This document shows, one piece after another, positions 48,422 through 56,699 of a stretch of 64,000 nt of DNA; the first letter of the stretch is position 1, and each line of letters opens with the position of its first letter. The DNA is from an uncultured Rhodospirillaceae bacterium. GTDB taxonomy: Bacteria; Pseudomonadota; Alphaproteobacteria; Rhodospirillales; Magnetospirillaceae. The notes under the pieces are model-generated. The model ran no database searches. It saw only the letters and a list, made by a program, of their open reading frames with translations, and was not told the DNA's origin. The position numbers and the translations under genes are program-made. The stretch is from NCBI GenBank assembly GCA_937887565.1, contig CALABS010000012.1, forward strand, positions 57,400 through 121,399. The letters run 5' to 3'.

Positions 48422-49201
48422 ATGGCCGAACTGACCATCGAACCCGTCGCGGTCCTGGCCGACAACTATGTCTGGCTGATCCACGACGCCAAGACCGGCG
48501 CCACCGCCGCCGTCGACCCGTCCGTGGCCGGCCCGGTGCTGGAGGCGGTGGCGCGGCGGGGCTGGACGCTCACCCACGTGCTCAACACCCACCACCACCA
48601 CGACCACACCGGCGGCAATATCGAGTTGAAACGCGCCACCGGCTGCACGGTGGTAGGCGCGCGCGGCGACGCGCCGCGCATCCCGGCCCTCGACGTCGAG
48701 GTTGCCGAGGGCGAGCACTTCCTGCTGGGCAGCGCCGCCGGGCTGGTGTTCGAGACCCCCGGCCACACGCTCGGACACATCTCGTTCTGGTTCCCCGAGG
48801 CGCATGCGCTGTTCTGCGGCGACACCCTGTTCTCGCTGGGTTGCGGCCGGCTGTTCGAGGGCACGCCCGAGCAGATGTGGGCCTCGCTGTGCAAACTGCG
48901 CGACCTGCCGCCCGAGACCAAGGTCTACTGCGCCCACGAATACACCCAGTCCAACGGCCGCTTCGCCCGCGTCACCGAGCGCGACAACCCGGCCGTGGCC
49001 GCCCTGCTGGACAAGGTGGACGGGCTGAGGGCGCGGGGGCTGCCGTCGCTGCCGTCCACCCTTGGCGAGGAGCGCGCCGCCAACCCGTTCCTGCGCGCCG
49101 ACCAGCCGCCGGTCGCCCGCGCGGTGGGCATGGCGCCGGGCGCCGACCCGGTGCTGGTGTTCGCCGAGCTGCGGCGGCGCAAGGATGCGTTCCGGGCATG
49201 A
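48422..49201 (+). CDS. gloB: Hydroxyacylglutathione hydrolase (glyoxalase II)
   Basis: VLADNYVWLIHD, THHHHDHTGGN (HxHxDH), GHTLGHISFW, CAHEYTQSN and ANPFLR. Start at MAELTIEP. Confidence 0.88.
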   Translation: MAELTIEPVAVLADNYVWLIHDAKTGATAAVDPSVAGPVLEAVARRGWTLTHVLNTHHHHDHTGGNIELKRATGCTVVGARGDAPRIPALDVEVAEGEHFLLGSAAGLVFETPGHTLGHISFWFPEAHALFCGDTLFSLGCGRLFEGTPEQMWASLCKLRDLPPETKVYCAHEYTQSNGRFARVTERDNPAVAALLDKVDGLRARGLPSLPSTLGEERAANPFLRADQPPVARAVGMAPGADPVLVFAELRRRKDAFRA

Positions 49202-50184
49202 GCGAGGAAATGGGATGCTGGTCGGTGGGCACCGTGTGGAGCGGCACGCCGCTGTTGTCGGCGCGGCTGAGGCTGCGGCCGTTCGCCGAGGCCGACGTCG
49301 CCCGGGTGGCGTCGCTGCTCGACGACTGGGAGATGGTCCGCCTGACCGCCAACATCCCCCACCCCTTCACCGAGGATGACGCCCGCGGCTTCTTCGCGCT
49401 GATGGACGGCAAGCGCCGCGCCCGCACCGGCGCCGTGATGGCCATGGAGCGCACGGTGGACGGGGCGGTGATCGGCGCCATCGGCTTCGGCACCGAGCAT
49501 GACGGCACCCCCGAAGTCGGTTACTGGGTGGCGCGCGACGCCTGGGGCCAGGGCTACGCCACCGAGGCGGTGCGCCGGCTGGTCCGCCACCTGTTCCGCG
49601 ACCTCGGCTTTCCCCGCGTCTGGGCCTCGGCCCATCCCGACAATGCCGCCTCGCGCCGCGTGCTGCGAAAGGCCGGCCTGGTCCCCGAGGGCCACGAGAT
49701 GGTCGGCATGCCGGCGCGCGGCCAAAGCGTGGTGATGCCGGTCCTCGGCCTCGGCCGGCCGGCCTGGGATGCCGCCTGGGCGGCCCGGCCCATGGTGCTG
49801 GTGGCCGCCGCCGCGCTCATCGACACCGACGGCCGCGTGCTGATGGCCAGCCGGCCGCCGGGCAAGCTGATGGCCGGGCTGTGGGAATTCCCCGGCGGCA
49901 AGGTCGATCCCGGCGAGACCCCCGAGGCGGCGCTGGTGCGCGAGATGCGCGAGGAGCTGGGCATCGACGTCGGCGAAAGCTGCCTGGCGCCGCTGGCCTT
50001 CGCCTCGCACGACTACGACACCTTCCATCTGCTGATGCCGCTCTACGCGGTGCGGCAGTGGAAGGGCGCCCCCTCCCCGCGCGAGGGCCAGCAGTTGCGG
50101 TGGGTGCGACCGTCGCGCCTGGCGGAACTGCCGATGCCCCCCGCCGATATCCCTCTGGTGGCGATCCTTCGCGATTGGATATGA
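49198..50184 (+). CDS. Fusion protein: GNAT N-acetyltransferase (RimJ/RimL-like) + Nudix (MutT-like) hydrolase
   Basis: N-terminal half: LRLRPFAEADV...GYWVARDAWGQGYATEAVRRLVRHLF...HPDNAASRRVLRKAGL. C-terminal half carries the Nudix box GLWEFPGGKVDPGETPEAALVREMREELGI. The ATG overlaps the gloB stop. Confidence 0.8.
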   Translation: MSEEMGCWSVGTVWSGTPLLSARLRLRPFAEADVARVASLLDDWEMVRLTANIPHPFTEDDARGFFALMDGKRRARTGAVMAMERTVDGAVIGAIGFGTEHDGTPEVGYWVARDAWGQGYATEAVRRLVRHLFRDLGFPRVWASAHPDNAASRRVLRKAGLVPEGHEMVGMPARGQSVVMPVLGLGRPAWDAAWAARPMVLVAAAALIDTDGRVLMASRPPGKLMAGLWEFPGGKVDPGETPEAALVREMREELGIDVGESCLAPLAFASHDYDTFHLLMPLYAVRQWKGAPSPREGQQLRWVRPSRLAELPMPPADIPLVAILRDWI

Positions 50185-50216
50185 TTGCGCCGGCAACCAT
50201 CGCCGGGAGGGAGAGG

Positions 50217-50963
50217 ATGGAGGGCGCGAGCGTGACCGCCGCCATGCTGGTGGTCGGCAACGAGATTCTGTCGGGGCGGACCCGCGACGCCAACGTCCAG
50301 TATCTCGGCGCCGCCCTGGGGGAACTGGGCATCCGCCTCGTCGAGGTCCGCGTCGTCGAGGACGACGTCGCCGCCATCGTCGAGGCCCTCGACCAATTGC
50401 GCGAGCGCCATGCCTATGTCTTCACCACCGGCGGCATCGGCCCCACCCATGACGACGTGACCGCCGCCGCGGTGGCGCGCGCCTTCGGCCGCGGCCTGGG
50501 CCGCCACCCCGAGGCGGTGCGGCGGCTGGAGCGGTTCTACGGCGCCGAGATCAACGCGGCCCGCCTCAAGATGGCCGAGATTCCCGACGGCGCCGAGCTG
50601 ATCGACAACCCCATCAGTGCCGCGCCGGGATTCCGGCTCGGCAACGTCCATGTGTTCGCGGGGGTCCCGCGAATAATGCAGGCCATGTTCGAGGGCATCC
50701 GCCATAGCCTGAAGGGCGGTCCTCGCATGTTATCCGAGACCGTCACCATCTCCATCCCCGAGGGCCGGCTGGCGGCGGGGCTCGCCGAGGCGCAGACCCG
50801 CAACCCGCGGGTGGAGATCGGCAGCTATCCCTTCAGCCACGGCGAGCGCAAGGGCGTCCGCGTGGTGGTGCGGGGCCATGGCGCCGGGGATGTCGCCGCC
50901 GCCGTGGCCGACGTCAAGATCGTGGCCGCCGACCTGGGAGGCCGGGTGGAAGAGGAGGGGTGA
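50217..50963 (+). CDS. CinA-like molybdopterin-binding (MoCF_biosynth) domain protein
   Basis: AAMLVVGNEILSGRTRDANVQYLGAALGELGI...VFTTGGIGPTHDDVT is typical of the CinA N-terminal/MoaB-fold family. GGGAGGGAGAGG precedes ATG 50217. Confidence 0.75.
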   Translation: MEGASVTAAMLVVGNEILSGRTRDANVQYLGAALGELGIRLVEVRVVEDDVAAIVEALDQLRERHAYVFTTGGIGPTHDDVTAAAVARAFGRGLGRHPEAVRRLERFYGAEINAARLKMAEIPDGAELIDNPISAAPGFRLGNVHVFAGVPRIMQAMFEGIRHSLKGGPRMLSETVTISIPEGRLAAGLAEAQTRNPRVEIGSYPFSHGERKGVRVVVRGHGAGDVAAAVADVKIVAADLGGRVEEEG

Positions 50964-51220
50964 TGCCCCTGGGAGCGAAGGAAAAGGAAGCGCTGAAGTT
51001 CCTGGGCACCCACCTGGTCTACGGCCTGGTGGCGGGGCTGACCTTCGGCGTCGCCGTGCTGGCGACCAATCTCGGCAATCTCCGCACCCTGGCCTTCGAA
51101 TCCAACCACACCGCCCTGGTGCTGCTCCTGTTCTTCTTCGGCCTGTTCGTCACCTTCGGCAGCGTCAGCATGGGAGTCGGGGTGATGAGCCTCGCCCGCT
51201 ACGACGAGGACGAGGACTGA
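50960..51220 (+). CDS. Small membrane protein (two TM helices)
   Basis: 86 aa with two hydrophobic stretches (VYGLVAGLTFGVAVLA; ALVLLLFFFGLFVTFG) and an acidic tail. SD GAGGAGGGG. Overlaps the previous stop. Confidence 0.5.
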   Translation: MMPLGAKEKEALKFLGTHLVYGLVAGLTFGVAVLATNLGNLRTLAFESNHTALVLLLFFFGLFVTFGSVSMGVGVMSLARYDEDED

Positions 51221-51328
51221 CGCCATCCCGGCAGCTCTTGCCAGCGTCCCGGCAAGTTTTTCCCCTTCCCCCATCGGCACCCCAACGTCAACGGCGCCAA
51301 TCCGTTGATTTTCCACGACACGCGCGTC

Positions 51329-51343
51329 TGGCACGGCGTTTGA
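51329..51343 (+). promoter_or_regulatory. Candidate sigma-54 (-24/-12) promoter upstream of fliK
   Basis: TGGCAC-GGCGT-TTGA has correct GG-N10 spacing against the TGGCAC-N5-TTGC consensus, with one mismatch at the -12 C. It ends 42 nt before the fliK ATG. The sigma-54 activator gene flbD is in the same cluster. Confidence 0.4.
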
Positions 51344-51384
51344 AGGAATGACCGCGCCAAAAGGTTCCAAACGGGGATCCGACC

Positions 51385-53100
51385 ATGACCGTGTATTCGA
51401 TCAACAAGCGGGCGTTCGAGCAGGCCAACATGACCTCGGCCGCCGCGAGCAAGTCCGCCACCTCGGCCGAGGCCGCCTTCGCGGCCGCGCTGCAGTCCGC
51501 CTCGTCGGCGTTCGGCCGCGGGACCAAGGTTTCGGCCGGCTCGGCGCTGAAGGAAAGCCTCGATCGCCCGGTCCAGGAAACCCGCGAGACCCAGCCCGCC
51601 GACCGGCCCGAACGCGCCGAGCGCCGCTCCGACCGCGACACCGGGGCCAAGCCCGCCCGCGAGGACGACCACGCCGCCGCCAAGCCGGCCGAGAAGGCGG
51701 ATCGCCCGGCCAAGACGCGCGAGGACGGCGACGCCCCGGCCGAGGGGGCCCCGACGGCCGAGAAGCCGGCCGCAGAGACCGCCGAGACCGCCGCCACCGA
51801 CCAAGGTGACGCCCAGGCGGCCGACGATTCCGCCGCCGCCGCCCAGCCGGCCGCCGAGGCCGCCGCCCAGCCGCAGCAGCAGGCGGCCCAGGCCGCCGCC
51901 GTTCCCGCCGCCCAGCTTCTGGCCGAGACCGGCGAGACCGAGACCGCCGCCGCCGACGCCGACGGCACCGCCGGCGACCAGACGGGGCAGGCCGCCGACG
52001 GCGGCGACCAGGCCGATCCCGGCCTGATGCTGACCGATGATGGCGCCGCCGACGCCGATGCCGCCGAGCCCGAGACCCAGGGCGCCGCCACCACCGGCAA
52101 GCCGCAGGCCGCCACCACCCAGGCCCAGACCGCCGCCCAGGCCCCGGTCAAGGCCAAGGCCGACGGTGGCGAACAGGTCTCCGACGAGGCCCGCCGCCAG
52201 GCCGACGACCTTGCTGAGACCCTGGCCGACACCGGCGCGACCGTGAAGGTCAAGGTCAGCGTCGAGACCGCCTCCACCAACGGCTCGGCCGACGCGAGCG
52301 CCGAGACCGGCCTGGCCGACGACCTGCTGGCCGTCGACCCGGTGGTCGAGACCGCCGGCCCCCAGACCGGCTCGGGCCAGACCGGCCAGCGGGGCACCGC
52401 CGGCCAGGGCCAGGCCAATGCCGCCCAGCAGATGGCCGCCACCGCCCAGGACGCCGCCCAGGCGGCCCAGGGCCGGGCCGCCGACACCCGTCCCTTCGCG
52501 GCGGCGCTGGCCGCCCAGGTCGACGGCGCCGGTCCCGCCCAGGGCGGCCAGACTTCCGGCGGCCAGACCCAGGCGGTCGCCGGCCTCAACGCCGCCTCGA
52601 ACACCCAGGGCGCCCAGAAGGCCGCCGCCGCCCAGGCCGCCCAGCAGCCGCAGCAGGCCCGCCAGCCCGAGGCCAAGCAGGTCATCGACCAGATCAGCGT
52701 GCAGATCGCCAAGCAGGCCAAGGACGGCGGCGACACCATCAAGGTGCAGTTGAAGCCGGTCGACCTGGGCCGCATCGAGATCAAGCTGGAGGTCCAGGAC
52801 GGCCGCGTGCACACCCACGTCACCGCCGACAACAAGGACACCCTGGCCATGTTGCAGCGCGACTCCCGCGGGCTCGAGAAGGCGCTCCAGGACGCCGGCC
52901 TCAAGACCGAGGGGTCGATGACCTTCTCGCTGGCCGGCGACGGCCAGCAGGCCCAGGGCGGCAACGAGGCCAACCAGCAGCGCGGCGGCCGCCGCCGCTC
53001 GCGCCTGTCCGCCGCCGCCGCGTCCACCGAGGCCGGAACCACCGCCGCCGCCGAAACGCCCCGCACCGGCCGCCGCGCCGGCGTGGACATCAAGGTCTAG
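51385..53100 (+). CDS. fliK: Flagellar hook-length control protein
   Basis: 571 aa. A long Ala/Gln/Pro/Thr/Asp-rich low-complexity ruler region, then the C-terminal Flg_hook domain VIDQISVQIAKQAKDGGDTIKVQLKPVDLGRIEIKLEVQDGRVHTHVTADNKDTLAMLQRDSRGLEKALQDAGL. Lies upstream of flgD-flgE. Confidence 0.8.
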   Translation: MTVYSINKRAFEQANMTSAAASKSATSAEAAFAAALQSASSAFGRGTKVSAGSALKESLDRPVQETRETQPADRPERAERRSDRDTGAKPAREDDHAAAKPAEKADRPAKTREDGDAPAEGAPTAEKPAAETAETAATDQGDAQAADDSAAAAQPAAEAAAQPQQQAAQAAAVPAAQLLAETGETETAAADADGTAGDQTGQAADGGDQADPGLMLTDDGAADADAAEPETQGAATTGKPQAATTQAQTAAQAPVKAKADGGEQVSDEARRQADDLAETLADTGATVKVKVSVETASTNGSADASAETGLADDLLAVDPVVETAGPQTGSGQTGQRGTAGQGQANAAQQMAATAQDAAQAAQGRAADTRPFAAALAAQVDGAGPAQGGQTSGGQTQAVAGLNAASNTQGAQKAAAAQAAQQPQQARQPEAKQVIDQISVQIAKQAKDGGDTIKVQLKPVDLGRIEIKLEVQDGRVHTHVTADNKDTLAMLQRDSRGLEKALQDAGLKTEGSMTFSLAGDGQQAQGGNEANQQRGGRRRSRLSAAAASTEAGTTAAAETPRTGRRAGVDIKV

Positions 53101-53111
53101 GAGAACCCGCC

Positions 53112-54077
53112 ATGTCGATCACCGGCATCGAATCGACCATCAGCCAGACCTCCAAGGCGGCCACCAGCCAGACCAAGCTGGCGCAGAACTTCGACACCTT
53201 CCTGGTGATGCTGACCACCCAGCTCAAGCACCAGGACCCGCTGTCGCCCATGGACTCCACCGAGTTCACCAACCAGCTGGTGCAGTTCGCCAACGTCGAG
53301 CAGCAGATCGCCGCCAACGCCAACCTGGAGACGCTGATCGGCGTCAACATGATGGGGCAGAAGGCCACCGCCATCAGCTATATCGGCCACACCGTCGAGG
53401 CGGCGTCCAGCTACCTGCCGTTGCAGGGCACCGTCGAGACCGAGGGCGACCAGCTCAAGCTGCTGGGCGGCAAGGCCTATTTCACCTACACGCTGCCCGC
53501 GACCGCCAAGTCGGTCAGCCTGATCGTCAAGGACGCGGACGGCAACACCATCCGCACCATGTCCGGGCTGGTCGGCGCCGGCAGCCATGCCGGCGAATGG
53601 GACGGCACCAACGCCGACGGCGAGACGGTGCCCGACGGCGACTACACCATCCACGTCGAGGCCACGGCCTCGGACGGTTCGCCCATCACCGCCTCCACCA
53701 TGGTGCGCACGCAATCGGGCACGGCGGCGTTCAGCTACACCCTGGCCGAGGACGCCCGCACCACCTCGCTGGTCATCAAGGACAGCAGCGGCAAGATCGT
53801 GCGCACGCTGACCGGCCGCACCGAGGCCGGCCGCCACGAGGCCGCCTGGGACGGCAAGGACAAGGACGGCAACATCCTGCCCGACGGCGCCTACAGCCTC
53901 GAGGTCGTGGCCGTCGACGGCGAGAACAATCCCGTCGAGACCATCAGCACGGTCTACGGCCGCGTCACCGACGTGTCGGCCGACGAAAGCGAAGTTTTGC
54001 TCAACCTGGGTGGAGTGGTCACCACGCTCGAAAACGTGCTGACCGTCCGGGACACCGCCTCGGTCCGGTCCAACTGA
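53112..54077 (+). CDS. flgD: Flagellar hook assembly (capping) protein FlgD with two tandem Ig-like domains
   Basis: N-terminal LAQNFDTFLVMLTTQLKHQDPLSPMDSTEFTNQLVQFANVEQ is the canonical FlgD motif, followed by two similar ~75-aa modules (SLIVKDADGNTIRT...WDGTNADGETVPDGDYT and SLVIKDSSGKIVRT...WDGKDKDGNILPDGAYS). Confidence 0.88.
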   Translation: MSITGIESTISQTSKAATSQTKLAQNFDTFLVMLTTQLKHQDPLSPMDSTEFTNQLVQFANVEQQIAANANLETLIGVNMMGQKATAISYIGHTVEAASSYLPLQGTVETEGDQLKLLGGKAYFTYTLPATAKSVSLIVKDADGNTIRTMSGLVGAGSHAGEWDGTNADGETVPDGDYTIHVEATASDGSPITASTMVRTQSGTAAFSYTLAEDARTTSLVIKDSSGKIVRTLTGRTEAGRHEAAWDGKDKDGNILPDGAYSLEVVAVDGENNPVETISTVYGRVTDVSADESEVLLNLGGVVTTLENVLTVRDTASVRSN

Positions 54078-54109
54078 CCGGCCGGGCCGATAGCGGATAG
54101 GAGGATATC

Positions 54110-56479
54110 ATGAGCTTGTATGGCGCTCTCTTCTCGGGTGTGTCCGGCCTGGCGGCCCAGTCGTCGGCCATGGGCGCGATCTCGGACAACATCACCAACG
54201 TCAACACCATCGGCTACAAGGGCGCGAAGGTGAACTTCAAGACCCTGGTGACCAAGCAGGTGTCCCTGACCAACTACGCCCCGGGCGGCGTGCAGTCGGC
54301 CGTGCGCAAGGGCATCGACGTCCAGGGCCTGCTGCAGGCCACCAACTCGTCCACCGACGTGTCGCTGTCGGGCCAGGGCTTCTTCATCGTCAACGAGGCC
54401 GCCAATCCCCAGGAAGGCGACATGTTCGCCTATACCCGCGCCGGCTCGTTCAAGGTGGACAAGGAAGGCTATCTGCAGAACGTGTCGGGCTGGTACATGC
54501 AGGGCTGGCCGCTGATGGGCTGGGACAACGCCGCCCAGGCCTCCACCGTCCAGGTGGGCAACAACACCTTCATGAAGGCCTACAAGGACGACACCGGCAA
54601 CACCGTCTACATCAACGACAACATCGTCTCCCAGACCCACCTGCAGCCCCTCAACCTCAACGAGGTGGGCGGCACCGCCGCGCAGACCCGCAACCTGCGC
54701 ATGGGCGCCAACCTGCCCAACGGCGCCGACGTCGGCAAGATCTACAAGCAGCCGGTCACCATCTACGACTCCCTGGGCGGCGACTCGACCGTGCAGTTCA
54801 GCTGGAACAAGGTCGCCCAGAACCGCTGGGACATCGAGGCGGTCCCGCCGCTGGGCGCCAAGAGCCTGACGCTCAAGAACAGCGCCGGCCTCGTCTACGG
54901 CGCCATGGGCCGCCTGGACTTCCAGGGCAAGCCCAAGACCACCGGCGCCATGACCATGACGGTCGGCGGCACCACCTGGACCGTCAACACCAAGAGCGGC
55001 ACCAGCGGCCAGATCGCCAACAGCGTCTATGTGGATCCCGCCTCGGCGAGCTCGACCGGCGCCTTCGTCAGCAGCATGGCGACCGAGATCGACAAGCTGA
55101 TGCGCATCCAGTCGGAAGGGCAAAGCAACGCGCTGGCCCCCGCCGGCGCCAACGCCGCCAATTTCGGCCACGGCACCTCGCTGACCGTCACCGACCCGGC
55201 CACCGGCAACACCAGCACCTTCACCTTCGACCCGTCGGCCGGCGTCGCCGGCCAGTTGGCGGCCGCCGAGAGCCAGATCGAGACGGCGCTGGGCTTCGCC
55301 GCCGGCGAGTTCTCGCTGTCCTACGCCGCCGGTGTGTTCACCGTGACCAACGGTCATGCGACCAAGCAGATCACCGCCCAGGGAACCGGCGACATCTGGG
55401 AGGTGTCGGGAACGCTCGACGTGGTCGGCGCCGCCCCCGCCAACGCCGACGCCACCACGGCCATCAACACCTATTCCGCCGGCACCGACATCCTCATCGA
55501 CTCGACCTCGCCGTCGACCACCATCAGCCTGGACGGCCTGACCAAGGCCGAGGCGGTCTACCTGATCAACCAGCAGGCGGGGACGACCGGCGTCAGCGCC
55601 ATGCAGAACGGCGGCAACGTCGCCTTCTACACGCCCAACGCCAGCACCATCCACATCACCGGCACCACCGACCTGGCGGCCGTCAACCTGACCCTGAACG
55701 GCACCGGACGGACCTATTGCGAACGCCTGGCCGGCACCGACTCGCTGATCTTCCGCCAGTATGACGAGGGCGCCACCGCCGCCGACAACCTGGTCATCGG
55801 CGGCCTCGACACCCTCGACCTGTCCAACGGCAATCCCGCCACCCTGCAGGGCATGGATCCCGGCGACGCCACCGGCTTCACCATTTCCGGCATCAGCATC
55901 GGCAACGGCAACGGCGAGGACGCCATCGAGTTCAACGGCGACGGCACGCCGAAGGAGATCAACATCTCCAGCTTCGCCATCGACTGGGCCAACGGCTCCA
56001 AGGACATGACCGGCGCCGACGAGATCGGCATGTTCCTGGGCAACCTCAACATCCGCGACGGCATGACCCAGCTGGACGGCGACTACCAGTTGGCCTACTG
56101 GAGCCAGAACGGCGCCAAGTTCGGCAACTTCGCCGGCGTGTCCATCGGCGCCGACGGCATCGTCACCGCCCTGTTCGACAACGGCGTCACCCGCCCCGTC
56201 TTCCAGATCCCGGTGGCCACCTTCACCAACCCCAACGGCATGGAAAGCCTGTCGGGCAACGTGTTCATCTCGACCGACAACTCGGGCGAGCCGACGCTGC
56301 GCACCGCCGGCGCCGCCGGTGCCGGCCAGGTGGCTGCGGCCTCGCTGGAAGCCTCGACCGTCGACATCGGCGAGGAGTTCACCACCATGATCGTCACCCA
56401 GCGCGCCTATTCGGCGGCGGCCAAGATCATCACCACCTCGGACGAGATGCTCGACGAACTGGTGCGCATCAAGCGTTAA
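54110..56479 (+). CDS. flgE: Flagellar hook protein FlgE (large, 789 aa)
   Basis: N-terminal MSLYGALFSGVSGLAAQSSAMGAISDNITNVNTIGYK and C-terminal TVDIGEEFTTMIVTQRAYSAAAKIITTSDEMLDELVRIKR, both conserved rod/hook segments. TAGGAGG SD. Confidence 0.92.
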   Translation: MSLYGALFSGVSGLAAQSSAMGAISDNITNVNTIGYKGAKVNFKTLVTKQVSLTNYAPGGVQSAVRKGIDVQGLLQATNSSTDVSLSGQGFFIVNEAANPQEGDMFAYTRAGSFKVDKEGYLQNVSGWYMQGWPLMGWDNAAQASTVQVGNNTFMKAYKDDTGNTVYINDNIVSQTHLQPLNLNEVGGTAAQTRNLRMGANLPNGADVGKIYKQPVTIYDSLGGDSTVQFSWNKVAQNRWDIEAVPPLGAKSLTLKNSAGLVYGAMGRLDFQGKPKTTGAMTMTVGGTTWTVNTKSGTSGQIANSVYVDPASASSTGAFVSSMATEIDKLMRIQSEGQSNALAPAGANAANFGHGTSLTVTDPATGNTSTFTFDPSAGVAGQLAAAESQIETALGFAAGEFSLSYAAGVFTVTNGHATKQITAQGTGDIWEVSGTLDVVGAAPANADATTAINTYSAGTDILIDSTSPSTTISLDGLTKAEAVYLINQQAGTTGVSAMQNGGNVAFYTPNASTIHITGTTDLAAVNLTLNGTGRTYCERLAGTDSLIFRQYDEGATAADNLVIGGLDTLDLSNGNPATLQGMDPGDATGFTISGISIGNGNGEDAIEFNGDGTPKEINISSFAIDWANGSKDMTGADEIGMFLGNLNIRDGMTQLDGDYQLAYWSQNGAKFGNFAGVSIGADGIVTALFDNGVTRPVFQIPVATFTNPNGMESLSGNVFISTDNSGEPTLRTAGAAGAGQVAAASLEASTVDIGEEFTTMIVTQRAYSAAAKIITTSDEMLDELVRIKR

Positions 56480-56499
56480 CCTTTCGCGCTGAAACTGGC

Positions 56500-56540
56500 G
56501 GGGCCGGGACCCGGAAGGGGACCGGCCCCTTTCCTTTTCC
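56500..56540 (+). terminator. Rho-independent terminator after flgE
   Basis: GGGGCCGG-(loop)-CCGGCCCC inverted repeat followed by the T-rich TTTCCTTTTCC, about 20 nt after the flgE stop. Confidence 0.55.
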
Positions 56541-56699
56541 CCTCCGCCGGCACGCCGGGCGAGGGAGGCACGGAAGACACACCCGGCAAGATTTGCCGGG
56601 TCGTTAACCAAGCTTCAATCTTATGGGCAATAGCTTGGCACCGGTGGGCTTACGCCTTTCGCGCCCTTGCGGGCAGGCTCGAGGTCGGGACCAAAGCAC

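Noticed and set aside
51640-52680. Ala/Gln/Pro/Thr-rich repetitive stretch as a possible novel repeat protein or intergenic repeat
   Set aside because: It is the low-complexity ruler region of FliK. It is continuous in frame with the conserved C-terminal Flg_hook domain and lies in the expected position upstream of flgD.
56636-56650. TGGCAC hexamer upstream of fliF as a sigma-54 promoter
   Set aside because: The downstream element reads GGCT, with the GC dinucleotide one base too close (TGGCAC-N5-GGCT), so the strict -24/-12 spacing is not met. The adjacent palindrome CCCGGCAAGATTTGCCGGG (56582-56600) is noted but has no T-tract, so it is not called as a terminator either.
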